A DNA stretch of 63,005 nucleotides, the filler included, from Octopus bimaculoides (Eukaryota), in NCBI RefSeq assembly GCF_001194135.2. It is 6 parts of 6 records of this genome, joined end to end, with 100 filler letters (N's around TTAATTAATTAA, not from the genome) between each part and the next. Parts side by side here need not be neighbours in the genome. Positions count along the whole stretch, not along the records: positions 15,733 to 39,335 come from NC_068998.1; 5 more parts are not named here. One strand, given 5' to 3'. A model generated the notes under the pieces. That model searched no databases. It worked only from the letters and a program-made list of their open reading frames with translations, and had not been told where the DNA came from. Below, piece after piece: positions 27,788 through 39,435 of the stretch; position 1 is the first letter of the stretch, and every line of letters begins with the position of its first letter. The position numbers and the translations under genes were made by a program.

Positions 27788-28036
27788 AAGAAAGAGAGGA
27801 GTTACGGAGGGAATGAGGATGAGAGAGAGATTCACAGACAAACAAGTACAGAGAGAGAAGCAATTAGGCCGATAAATAAATTAGATATATAAAATACAAC
27901 AGTTTGGATATGAAATACAAAATATGTATATGTGTATACATGCAAAACGAGAGAAAGCAAAAAGTGGAGACTTTGTGACGATGAATATATTTAAGTATAA
28001 ATATCTTGATATTCATATTAAAAGATCCAACTTATC

Positions 28037-28067
<31 letters not shown>

Positions 28068-28453
28068 CCCACGCGCGCACGACGGACTTAGATACAGTTT
28101 CTATCTACTAATATCACTCAAAACGCAGGGGTCGACTCAGGCTATAGTTGAAGTCATTTGCTCTAAGAACCGTCCAGCGGGATTGAAACCGAAACCACAT
28201 GGTTAGAAAGCGATCTTCTTAACCAGAAAGCTATAATACGTCTGTAAATGAAATATTAAGAGAAGACGTATTTTTTTCTAAATATTAAGAATCTCATTTG
28301 ATAAGATAAATTTCACGCTAAACGTTACGACAGCGGCAGCATTTTTTATTCGATAAACTATTCAAGAAATACAATATTTGGCACATTTTAGTCTAATTTC
28401 TTCTTTTTTTTTCTTTTTTTCTTTTCAGTATCTTGGGAAATAGTGGAAACTAA
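26738..28453 (+). CDS. Secreted 4-Cys prepropeptide, copy 1 (coding exons 26738-26825, 27605-27719, 28429-28453; 75 aa)
   Basis: Spliced product MKLVLLFLVLLPIVFAASFYDEEVDKR/FSLSDLIQHVKNLDLSGGCVQACEDNVKQFWTFMCELACKTILGNSGN*; all introns GT-AG with gtaag donors; phases fit (88+115+25=228 nt); non-coding exon 1 ends at 26505; AATAAA at 28504 and 28591. Confidence 0.9.
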
Positions 28454-29659
28454 CGGGAACACCACTAAAAACTCTGTATTACATAATGTTTAACATAAAA
28501 TGAAATAAACAGAATTAAACAAGCGAAAAATAATGGTGTGTTTTATTTATTCATTTAATTATTTATTTATCACTTTGTGGCTTTGATGGCAATAAATCGT
28601 TTCTTACTTGTTGAATTGTCAGTTTATTTTAATTTGATTGGGGTTATTCCCGTGAATGTCAGTCATTTGAATGCTTGAGTCATCGAGCGGATTGCCGATT
28701 GAGCCTCCAATAGCTGAGCCTCCATCACATCACTGACTCTGCTCGCACCTATGGCAGAGACGATAACATCGTTAAGCTGAATTTTAACCCATTGTGGACG
28801 GGAGAATAATTACTTTCCGAGCAAATATTGATTCTTCAACCTAATCTAATCCTCCATAGCATTGGGCTACTTGATTGAACTCAGGAATCAGACACTAACT
28901 GTTTTTGTTCAATCTCGAAAATTGAATGGTAAGGTGAACTTTGTTCGGATTTAAACTTATAATGGAAATTACTTTAAACAAGCATTGTTATTCTTATTTA
29001 ATCCCAGAACAACCTTGAGGTAGCAGACCTCTAACCAAAAGCATTGAACAGTAACTAGTAACTACTTCTATTTTCGAGTCATCTTGGTTTACGCTAGCCA
29101 ATATATTCTTCGGAATGGTTTCAGTTCTATGTTGGGATGTCATTCAGCGAATGATCCTCACTTTTCTACCCACAGAGCTATTGCGCATAAGGACAAAGTA
29201 TTTACACCTGCCTATACATATATGTAATATTGCTCAAACACTTATACGTATATATACTACAATACAGTGTAACATCGAAATAAAAATCTCTTAACGCTCT
29301 AGGAACTTAGTGATCGAAATAATTACCTAGAATGTAAAAGTTTAAATCACCCTAATTATTTTATTTCAGCATTTAGTAAGTAGGAGGGGATTTAAAATCA
29401 GTGTCAACCACTGTTGAAATCCCAATAAGGGTCTGAAACCAATTCAATCGATTCCTATTCTATCTTCGACGATGATGTGTATAAACACAAAGTATTTGTA
29501 CAAATGTTCGTACTTATATAGAGTTGGCCAGATATAAATAATTTTATACTACAGTTAAATTGTATAAAACAACTTTTATCGCGAGTTAGATATTTGATTT
29601 TTGATTTTGTCTGGTTCTTATAGGTAGGAGGAGATTTAAAAACAGTGAAATATCAACAC

Positions 29660-29975
29660 AAGACTTATTCTTATCTATTTAATAAACCTTAAGAATTTCA
29701 ATTTAAAAGATATATTTCACGCTAAACATTATGACAAGCGGCAACAGCTGTAATTCAATGTTCTGTGCAAGAAATACATTTAGTGAATTTTAGTCTAAAT
29801 TCTTCCTTTCCGTTTCTTTGATTTTTTTCAATATCTTGGGGAGAAAATTGCTCAAAATTTTGTTATTCGTAATATCTAACATAAAATGAAATAAACTGTA
29901 TTAAACAAACAAAAAATAATGGTTTATGTTATTTATTCATTATAAATCGATTGTTATTTGTTGATTTGTCAGTTT
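29660..29975 (+). pseudogene. Orphan duplicate of the peptide gene's intron-3 end, last exon and 3' UTR
   Basis: Paralogous to 28250-28630 and 36410-36760; acceptor reads ttttttcaA|tatcttggg instead of ttttcaG|tatcttggg. Confidence 0.75.
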
Positions 29976-30189
29976 TTTATATCTTATATTTTATGTTTGT
30001 ACTTGGCAGGAGGCTCGCTGTCACCAGCATAGCTCTCCGAGTCACACAAGCCCGCACACCGCCACACCACGGCAGTGTGCTTAGCCAGATGTATAGATAT
30101 AAACATGTAAAAATTTTTAATATACAATAAATACTTACACACGCACAGATCCACAATGATTGATAAAAATGAAGTAGATCTTCCCAAGG

Positions 30190-31330
30190 TACTGAATAAC
30201 TTTGATATTAATAATACCGGATATATAGGTGAAGAACTTCAGTTCGCGAAGAAATCTATCAAAGAAGATAAATCTTCGTGCCCAGTTGCTTCCGAATTTC
30301 TGAAATGATGCAATTTCAATAAAATCCTGTTTTACTTTGCAATCAAACTATTGGGAGAGAACTTGAAGCCAAAGCCATTCTCAGAGTTCGACCTGCTCCC
30401 TATTCCAAAATTGGAAGACCTCAGCAATACCAAGAATTATAGAGACATTACGTTATCTTCAATAGTAGCCAATTCATCAAAATCCTGAAAGCGTTTGATA
30501 TGCCTCCAAATCTTCTCAATCCAATAGTTTACGAAGATACAAATGCAACAATTATAACACCTGATGGAGAGACAGGTTTCTGTGAATTAACAGCAAGACT
30601 ACTCCACTTACACAATACTATACACTTACACTATATCTATTTGTTCTGGTACTACACTATGTGACGTGCAAGATCTTGGAAGAAAAAGAGGAGGAACTGG
30701 GGTTTAAATTAGAAACAAGGAGAAACAGGCGAGTTACAGCAAAGATAATTACAGATGTTTGCAGACGATATTGCTCTTATCTCTGAAGAAATACATCGGG
30801 CACAGGAAGTGCTCCACGGACTAAACCATGAAGTTACAAAGGCTGTCTTGTACTGCAACTCAGATAATACTGAATACAAGACATTCAATCAAGATCACAA
30901 GCAACCAAATCGCCTCTTTGCAAGACACGGTAAAGAACTTAAAGAAGTTACTGGCTTCAATACATTGGTGCTTGAATGGAAGGTAGGGAAAACGACTTTG
31001 CTGTTCGGAAAACACTTTCTTGGAGAGCCTGTCGCAAACTGCATAAAATTTGAAGTTCTAAGGTGGCAATAAACTGAAAATTAGGTCGTCGGTGTCCACG
31101 GTGGAGTTAGTTTTGTTATACGATGTTGAAACTTGGACCCTCACCAAAAAAAGCTTGAAAAATAAAAAGACAATTTTTATACAAGGATGTTAAGAATGGC
31201 CCTGAATGTTATATGTTCATTCAATGGCTTTGAATGTTACATATTCATTTAACCAACGAATATCTTTTCTCAAAATCTATCCAAAGTGACTGAGAACATT
31301 CAGCAGAAAATAATTAGAGTTGGTGGTTAT
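30190..31330 (+). mobile_element. Non-LTR retrotransposon (RTE-like) RT relic
   Basis: FADDIALISEEIHRAQEVL...KELKEV..F..L; further homologous 3' piece at about 32540-32820. Confidence 0.75.
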
Positions 31331-31619
31331 TGCGTAAGTGTTATAATCCTTAAAGTTTTGGATTCATATAACGCCCACTTCAGTATACAGTATACTTAGT
31401 AAAACCAGTAAAGACACGACTATCTTTGACCGCCTCCGATGTACTCTGGTACTTCACATACTTCTCTTTACTTATAGTGACTAGGTTATTCTATTCACAC
31501 ACACACAGAGTATCTCACAGAAGTATGTTCGCCCTAAAAAAACTTCAGTAAAATTGCCATTACTTTCATAATATCGAAAGAAATCAAACGAAATTTATAC
31601 TGAATAAAATACATGAAAA

Positions 31620-32500
31620 CATTATACAAATTTGGAACACAAAACAATAAACATTTTCCAAGATATGAACGAAATATTAATTTTCAAACGATACACCTTA
31701 AAGGATTATTTGCCATATTAAATACCTGGTACTTGGTATGACCGCCATTGCTTTCAATGACTGCATTCAGTCGTCTGGGCATAGAGTCGATTAAATTTCC
31801 GCATATATTACATGAAATCGACCTCCAGTCATCCTCATTGATGTCTTTCAACCGTGTTACATTGCGGGGTTTTTCTCCTCAACCTTCCTTTACAAAACAC
31901 CCCGCAGATGTTCTAATGGGTTTAAAACAGGTGACATGGTAGGCCAAGGCAATACCTTAATCTGATAAAAACTTAGTCGTTTTCTTTGACGTGTATTTAG
32001 GGTCATAATAATGTTGGAAGATGGAATGTCTTCTTAGTTCCTTGATGCTTTTCAACATTGTTTTCTTCAATATGTCGCAATAAAGCTATGAATCCATTAA
32101 CAAATGTGACGTTCGAGCTTGTTCTCAGTCAAAGAAGAAGGATGGAGTTGTACCCTCAAATCCTGATAGAAGGGATACGGCGGATTGTAACAACAACGAA
32201 AGGAATGAACTGCTTAAATACCAGAAATTTTCTGTCGTGGCAATGCACAGAAAGAATGAGAAAGGAATCGAACCAACGGAGAATTTCAAAAGGTTTAACC
32301 CATGTGTATTGGGTATAGAAGATCACAAGAATGTGCATGATGAAGAAAAATTTCGCTTACAACACCTATTTGAACTTTATGTAAAACTGGTTTTCTTGTA
32401 GCCAACATTTTGTTAAAAAAACACTCAGGACGTTTATTGCAGATATAAATGTTAGCAAATCTCAAATAAATTTTATACATATAAACAAGAAATGGTGTAA
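31620..32500 (-). mobile_element. Tc1-type transposase relic
   Basis: Minus strand C-terminus LIDSMPRRLNAVIESNGGHTKY. Confidence 0.75.
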
Positions 32501-33242
32501 TTCAATGCAGAACAGTGAGGCGCATAGCTACTTCAGTAGAACTCATTTTACTAATGAGCAACTTTATCAAGATGTATCCAAAATGACTGAGAAGATTCAG
32601 CAGAATGAATATTGCTGGTAATTGCGTCCGGCAGCCAGAAGAGCCTGTATCAACTGGTCTTATGGCAGTCAGTTGAAGGAAGCTCCACAGAGGAAGAAAA
32701 CGTCTAACTGGCTTCAGGACAGTGGAATGAAAAATGTTGAGGAGTTAAAAACTTGCATGGGGGACCATAATGGGTGCGTGATCGCTTGAAATCATTGATG
32801 TGTCCGGGCGGACGACCAAGCTAAAAGGTCAGATATTTGTCTATATAGAGATGCCATGCTAGTTATTGGGACTCCAGTGCTTGTGACTGCATCTAGTAAG
32901 GATTTATAGGGTGGTAAAATATTCGATATAAAGCTTTCGTAACCTATAGGCTATTCTTCCTACATAGAATTTCTGCATGTCAGCTGACTTTGTCACGGTT
33001 TTGAAAAACTGAGTTCTTATTTGGAAGTGCCTGGGGGCACTTCCTACGCTAACACCGAGAGAAGGAAAGGTAAAAACTACTTATTGAGTAACTCTTTAAA
33101 GTTGCGTAACCAAATGTTTATAGATCACAGCGTAATTATTGGTATCAAAATAATTTTATAAATATTGACCTTAACACATATCTTAAAACTGATTATTTCA
33201 GCATTTTCTGCTTCTGTGCAACAAATTTCGGTGGTATCTCTC

Positions 33243-33337
33243 TTAGATGAGAACAACACAGATGTTACTCAGCCATAAATAACTGTATAAAATGCCTAAG
33301 TCTATCTTTTAACACACCACAGCTCATACACAATCCA
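33243..33337 (+). promoter_or_regulatory. Promoter and non-coding exon 1 of peptide gene copy 2
   Basis: CAGATG 33259-33264, TATAAAA 33286-33292, donor cca|gtaag at 33337/8, intron 1 with (CT)n as in copy 1. Confidence 0.75.
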
Positions 33338-34633
33338 GTAAGTTTTGTTTCTTTAGTGCATTGGAATGAATTTTGCTATTTCTTCTCTCCGTCTCATAAT
33401 TAGGACTCCATATTCAAATATTCTAACAAGAAATTTTCTCTCTCTCTCTCTCTCTCTCTNNNNNNNNNNNNNNNNNNNNNNNNNNNNNNNNNNNNNNNNN
33501 NNNNNNNNNNNNNNNNNNNNNNNNNNNNNNNNNNNNNNNNNNNNNNNNNNNNNNNNNNNNNNNNNNNNNNNNNNNNNNNNNNNNNNNNNNNNNNNNNNNN
33601 NNNNNNNNNNNNNNNNNNNNNNNNNNNNNNNNNNNNNNNNNNNNNNNNNNNNNNNNNNNNNNNNNNNNNNNNNNNNNNNNNNNNNNNNNNNNNNNNNNNN
33701 NNNNNNNNNNNNNNNNNNNNNNNNNNNNNNNNNNNNNNNNNNNNNNNNNNNNNNNNNNNNNNNNNNNNNNNNNNNNNNNNNNNNNNNNNNNNNNNNNNNN
33801 NNNNNNNNNNNNNNNNNNNNNNNNNNNNNNNNNNNNNNNNNNNNNNNNNNNNNNNNNNNNNNNNNNNNNNNNNNNNNNNNNNNNNNNNNNNNNNNNNNNN
33901 NNNNNNNNNNNNNNNNNNNNNNNNNNNNNNNNNNNNNNNNNNNNNNNNNNNNNNNNNNNNNNNNNNNNNNNNNNNNNNNNNNNNNNNNNNNNNNNNNNNN
34001 NNNNNNNNNNNNNNNNNNNNNNNNNNNNNNNNNNNNNNNNNNNNNNNNNNNNNNNCATGTTACGTTGCTTATAACGTTGAGAAAGGCATGATTGTCATTC
34101 AATTTCATAAACTCTCCCACAGTAAATAACATCATGATTTTCTCGATATTATAATTAAACTTCTCAGTTACACACTAAATTAAACATGAATGACAAAGTA
34201 CGTTGTGGTTCCCTCAAATTATGGTTTGTTTCGTACCATAATTGGTACTGATTATTCTGTTTGTCATTACAAAGATTGTAAATCACCAATATTTCGTATC
34301 ATCAATTGTAAATTCAATGGCATTTCTTACCACCTTATTTATGACGTTAAGAAAAGTCTGTATGCCATACAATCTCATAAACTTTTCCACAATAAATATC
34401 AACATTATTTCTAATTAAACTTTTCAATCATGAATGACAAAGTACGTTGTAGTATTTAGTTGCGTCTTTCTAAGCTCTGTTGGCCTTTAATATTTTCAAT
34501 ACCGTATGTTTCGGTTCTGTTTTTCGTCTCTCCGATTTCATTCTCTCTCAAAACTGAGTGGACGACTTGCAATTATGCTTGATTTAAAATTGCAAACATC
34601 GTTATTCAATATTGGTTTAAATTTGTTTTACAG

Positions 34634-34815
34634 TTGGCGAACTGGTTGATCACGTTCGAAAACTGGATCTGAGTTCTGGCTGTGTGCAAGCTTGTGAAGA
34701 CAACGTTAAAGATTTCTGGACATTCATGTGCGGCCTAGCCTGTCAAGTGTAAGTTACTCGTAATGTACACACACGCGCGCACGCGTACGAGCGGGGACAC
34801 AAACACACAGACACA

Positions 34816-34869
<54 letters not shown>

Positions 34870-36237
34870 NNNNNNNNNNNNNNNNNNNNNNNNNNNNNNN
34901 NNNNNNNNNNNNNNNNNNNNNNNNNNNNNNNNNNNNNNNNNNNNNNNNNNNNNNNNNNNNNNNNNNNNNNNNNNNNNNNNNNNNNNNNNNNNNNNNNNNN
35001 NNNNNNNNNNNNNNNNNNNNNNNNNNNNNNNNNNNNNNNNNNNNNNNNNNNNNNNNNNNNNNNNNNNNNNNNNNNNNNNNNNNNNNNNNNNNNNNNNNNN
35101 NNNNNNNNNNNNNNNNNNNNNNNNNNNNNNNNNNNNNNNNNNNNNNNNNNNNNNNNNNNNNNNNNNNNNNNNNNNNNNNNNNNNNNNNNNNNNNNNNNNN
35201 NNNNNNNNNNNNNNNNNNNNNNNNNNNNNNNNNNNNNNNNNNNNNNNNNNNNNNNNNNNNNNNNNNNNNNNNNNNNNNNNNNNNNNNNNNNNNNNNNNNN
35301 NNNNNNNNNNNNNNNNNNNNNNNNNNNNNNNNNNNNNNNNNNNNNNNNNNNNNNNNNNNNNNNNNNNNNNNNNNNNNNNNNNNNNNNNNNNNNNNNNNNN
35401 NNNNNNNNNNNNNNNNNNNNNNNNNNNNNNNNNNNNNNNNNNNNNNNNNNNNNNNTTAGGGAAAAGAACCAAGGTTCATGAACTCATCGATGAAAATCCA
35501 CTGTCACATATAGAAAAATTAACAATTTTATTTATTGTGCTTTTACTTATTCATTTTTCTATATGCGACAGTGTATTTTCATCGATGAGTTCATGAACCT
35601 TGGTTCTTTTCCCTAACACTATATATATATATATATTTATATAAATATGTAAAACATATATACAAAAAATTTTTTAATTCATTAGAAATTTAAGCTATAA
35701 ATTATCCAACTCATAGGATTAAGAAATAAATAAAAAACATATTATCTAATGAATACTTATATTAATTTATTAAACTAGAATAAATATATCTAAATCTAAA
35801 AATAACACTGGAAGTAATTTACCTAAAAAAAACAAAACTAACATAACATAATGGCAATGTAGAAATCAAAAGACAAATCAGAAAAAAAAACTTAGTTAAA
35901 TAGTAAATACAAAGGGTGAAATTATAATTATCAAACTCTCAATAACCGGTTAATCGAATTGAACAAAATAAAACATCCTTAAAAGACCTACTTATTAAAT
36001 TTTTTTAAACACACATTTATTCTTCTTTCCGATTTTGAATCCTCTTTCCGATTTTGAATTTAACAGCTTTCTTCTAGAAAGTAAAATCAAAAATAATGCT
36101 TCAGCAGAAAGATAATAATGCTTCAGAAGAACTTATTACCATTCTTATAAGCCGGAACCGTTCCTAAAATGTTGCATTCAATAAAGAACGTTTTATTATG
36201 ATCTTAAAGATTCCAGATGAAATTACTAAGATTGGTA

Positions 36238-36276
<39 letters not shown>

Positions 36277-36590
36277 GGTCAAATCAGGGTTCTAGTTGAA
36301 GACACTGGCCCAAAGTGCTGTACAGTGGGACTGAAACCTAAACCACTTAGTTACAAAATGACTTTCTTAACCACACAACCATACATATATCTGTGAACAA
36401 AATATTAACGGAAAACTTATTTGTATCCATTCTTTAAGAATTTCAATTTTGAAGATAAATTTCACGATAAATGTTACAAGCGACGATTATAATTCGATAA
36501 ACTATGTAAGAAATATGATATTTGGTGAATTTTAGTCTAAATTCTTCCTTTTCTTTCATTCTTTTCAGTATCTTGGGCAAGCCAAACTGA
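34634..36590 (+). CDS. Secreted 4-Cys peptide, copy 2 (exons 34634-34748 and 36569-36590; exon 2 presumably in gap 33460-34055)
   Basis: xGELVDHVRKLDLSSGCVQACEDNVKDFWTFMCGLACQVILGKPN*; same 115-nt exon length and phases as copy 1, intact splice sites. Confidence 0.85.
35456..35616. mobile_element. Palindromic MITE in intron 3 of copy 2
   Basis: ttagggaaaagaaccaaggttcatgaactcatcgatgaaaat ... attttcatcgatgagttcatgaaccttggttcttttccctaa. Confidence 0.8.
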
Positions 36591-37806
36591 AACTATCGGT
36601 GACAACATCACTCGGAATTTAGCTATTCATAATGTCCAACATTAGATGAAATAAACTTTATTAAACAAACAAAACCATTTATCTACTTATTTCGCTGGGT
36701 TTTAGATGGCAATAAATCGTTTGTTACTTGTTGATTTGTCAGTTTTTTTTCTATTTCTTATTTACTTCCGTAAATGTCAGTTAAGTGTATGAGCTTTTTA
36801 ACGGACTGCCGATTGGGTTTCCAATAGTTCGCATCATGTCACCGATTCTGCTCATTAAGCTTAATTTTATAACTATGTGGAGAGGTGAGGAATTATTTTC
36901 AGATGAAATATTGATTCTTCAACCTAATCTACCGCCCCGCACCCCATAACATTAGGTAATTAGATTGAACCCAGGAATCAGATGCTAATTTGTTTTGATC
37001 AGCCTCGAAGAACGAAAGATAAAGTGGGTTTCGGCCGGATTCGAACTTACAATGTAAACAACCGTAAATAAATACAACCAGCATCTTCTGTACGAACAAA
37101 ATAAGTATTGGTGTTCTTCTTTAGCTCGAGAACCGGCTTCATGGAACAGACCTCCGATCAAAAACATTGTATCTTCGTCTTTTTTATGACGAATAACTTA
37201 GTAATCGAAATAATTATCTAGAATGTAAAATAGTAAAATTGCCCTAATTATTTTACTTAAGCATTTAGTAGGTAGAAGGCGATTTACAAACAGTGTTAAC
37301 GTGAATACTTAAATCGATTCTTCAGTTATTGCTGATATCCCAATATAGGACTGAAACCAGTTCAATCGAATCCAGTTGTTCTATACACGTCAATAATGTG
37401 TATAAACACAAAATATTTGTACACACGTTGGTACTTATATAGAGTTGGCTGGACATAAATAATTATATACTATAAATGGTACTGTTAAAGAGCCCCTTCA
37501 GGTCATAAATGACCATAGGATTGCACCTAGAATGTTACCCTTCGGCGCACAAGTCCGAGCAAGGTTGTTTATGTAAGACAAGCATTCTTCACCACGCCAC
37601 TAATGTTATCCAAGGGAAAGGCAAATGTCGATACAGCTTGGCACCTGTGACGTCGCAACTCATTTCTACAGCTGAATAAACAGGAGCAACGTGAAATAAA
37701 GTGTCTTGCTCTATAACACAACACACTGCCCAGTCTGGAAATCGAACTCACTACCTCATAATTGTGAGCTTGAGGCTCTAGCGACTGAGGTCAGATATCG
37801 GATGTA

Positions 37807-38106
37807 TTGGGTTGACAACTAAGTTCCCGCCGTTTTTTTAATTTTAATTTTTTTAAACCTTTAACAAAAAAAATAACAACTAATTAATCAATAATGTATT
37901 CACCCTTGTTGTTTACAACTTCTTCCCAACGTTCAACAAGATTTTCAATACCTCGTTGGTAGAAATCACCCGATTTCGACTCGAAAAATTGAACCAACCA
38001 AGCACTCAATTCTGCATCAGTATTGAACGAAAGTCCGCGCATAGCATTTGAAAGAGATCCAAAGAGCTGGAAATCTGTTGATGCGGGAACTTAGTTGCCA
38101 ACCAAA
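37807..38106 (-). mobile_element. Internally deleted mariner (300 bp)
   Basis: TIRs ttgggttgacaactaagttcccgc / gcgggaacttagttgccaaccaaa with flanking TA; retains C-terminus FYQRGIENLVERWEEVVNNKGEYIID*. Confidence 0.85.
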
Positions 38107-38457
38107 TAGATGACTCAGATTTCTGATTCGTAGAGAAGGATGAGGTAACAACTGCCCTGTACATAAAGTACTTCAGGTCAGACCGGTTGACTTTGTCTCG
38201 GTTTTGAAAATCTCAAATCTCATTTCAAGCCACCCGGGAGAAACTCCTACACGCATGCACGAGCGCGTACACACACAAACGAAAAACAAAAACGAATTTA
38301 TTCAATAATTCTTTAAAGTTGCCTAACCAAACATTTATGGCTCGCAGCGTAATCACTAGTATCAAAATAGTCATATATATTTTTTCTCAACACATATCTT
38401 TCAATTGATTAGCGCAGCGTTTCCGTTTCGTTTCAATCAATTTCATTGGTTTCTATT

Positions 38458-38552
38458 TTAGATGAGAACGACTCAGATGTTACTTAGTCATAGGTTACTA
38501 TATAAAATACCTTAGTACTTTTTTTAATACACCACGTCTCATATACAATTCA
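38458..38552 (+). promoter_or_regulatory. Promoter and non-coding exon 1 of a third peptide-gene copy; coding exons not visible
   Basis: CAGATG 38474-38479, TATAAAA 38501-38507, donor tca|gtaag at 38552/3, intron-1 homology to about 38645; upstream flank homologous to 32980-33200. Confidence 0.7.
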
Positions 38553-39435
38553 GTAAGTGTTGTTTCTTAATGCATTGGTATGTATTTTCTTATTTCTTCT
38601 CCAAAATCTAATTAGGACTTCATATTCAAATTCTGTTACAAGAGTCTGTCTATATCCCTATCTGTCTGTCTACTAACCTAGCAGGGCGGAAGGTCTAAGT
38701 ACGCAATGCATGCATTGCATGCCTTACTATTTTTCGTCGATAAATAAATTTTTTGTAATATATAATTGATTATTGAAAATTTTCATGAAGTGATATTGAT
38801 ATATAACTCAAGTGATATTCAAAACGAACTCATTCAATTGTATAACGGTTAGAAGTGAAGGTGTAATTCAGCCAATGATCAAAAGAAGCAGCATTTGTTG
38901 CCGTTATATTTCGTGAGACTACAGACCATCAAATAAAATCTTAACTGTCACACGTTTTCACGATTGGTTGATGAAAAGGTTAGACTCCAAGAAAGGTTTT
39001 GGGGGATAAGTCGATATCAGTAAAGGCAGAATAGCTGCATCACTGACAGAAGTTGTACATTGTTATACACATTCACTTAATTTGGTGCTCTCGCAATCAG
39101 CTTCGTGTTTAGAATTTTTTTTCTTCTGATTTTCTTTCTATATAAAATGTTCTTTAAAAATGGGCATGGTTCAATATGGTTATGATATTGCTTTCTAATG
39201 CAGCCACAAGGAATGAAGTTTGGGGTGGGGAACGGGTCTAGTCGTCTACATCGACCCCACTGCTTGACTGGTACTTAATTTACCGACCCGGAACGGATTA
39301 AAGGCAAAATCAGCCCCAGCGGAATTTGAACACAGNNNNNNNNNNNNNNNNNNNNNNNNNNNNNNNNNNNNNNNNNNNNTTAATTAATTAANNNNNNNNN
39401 NNNNNNNNNNNNNNNNNNNNNNNNNNNNNNNNNNN

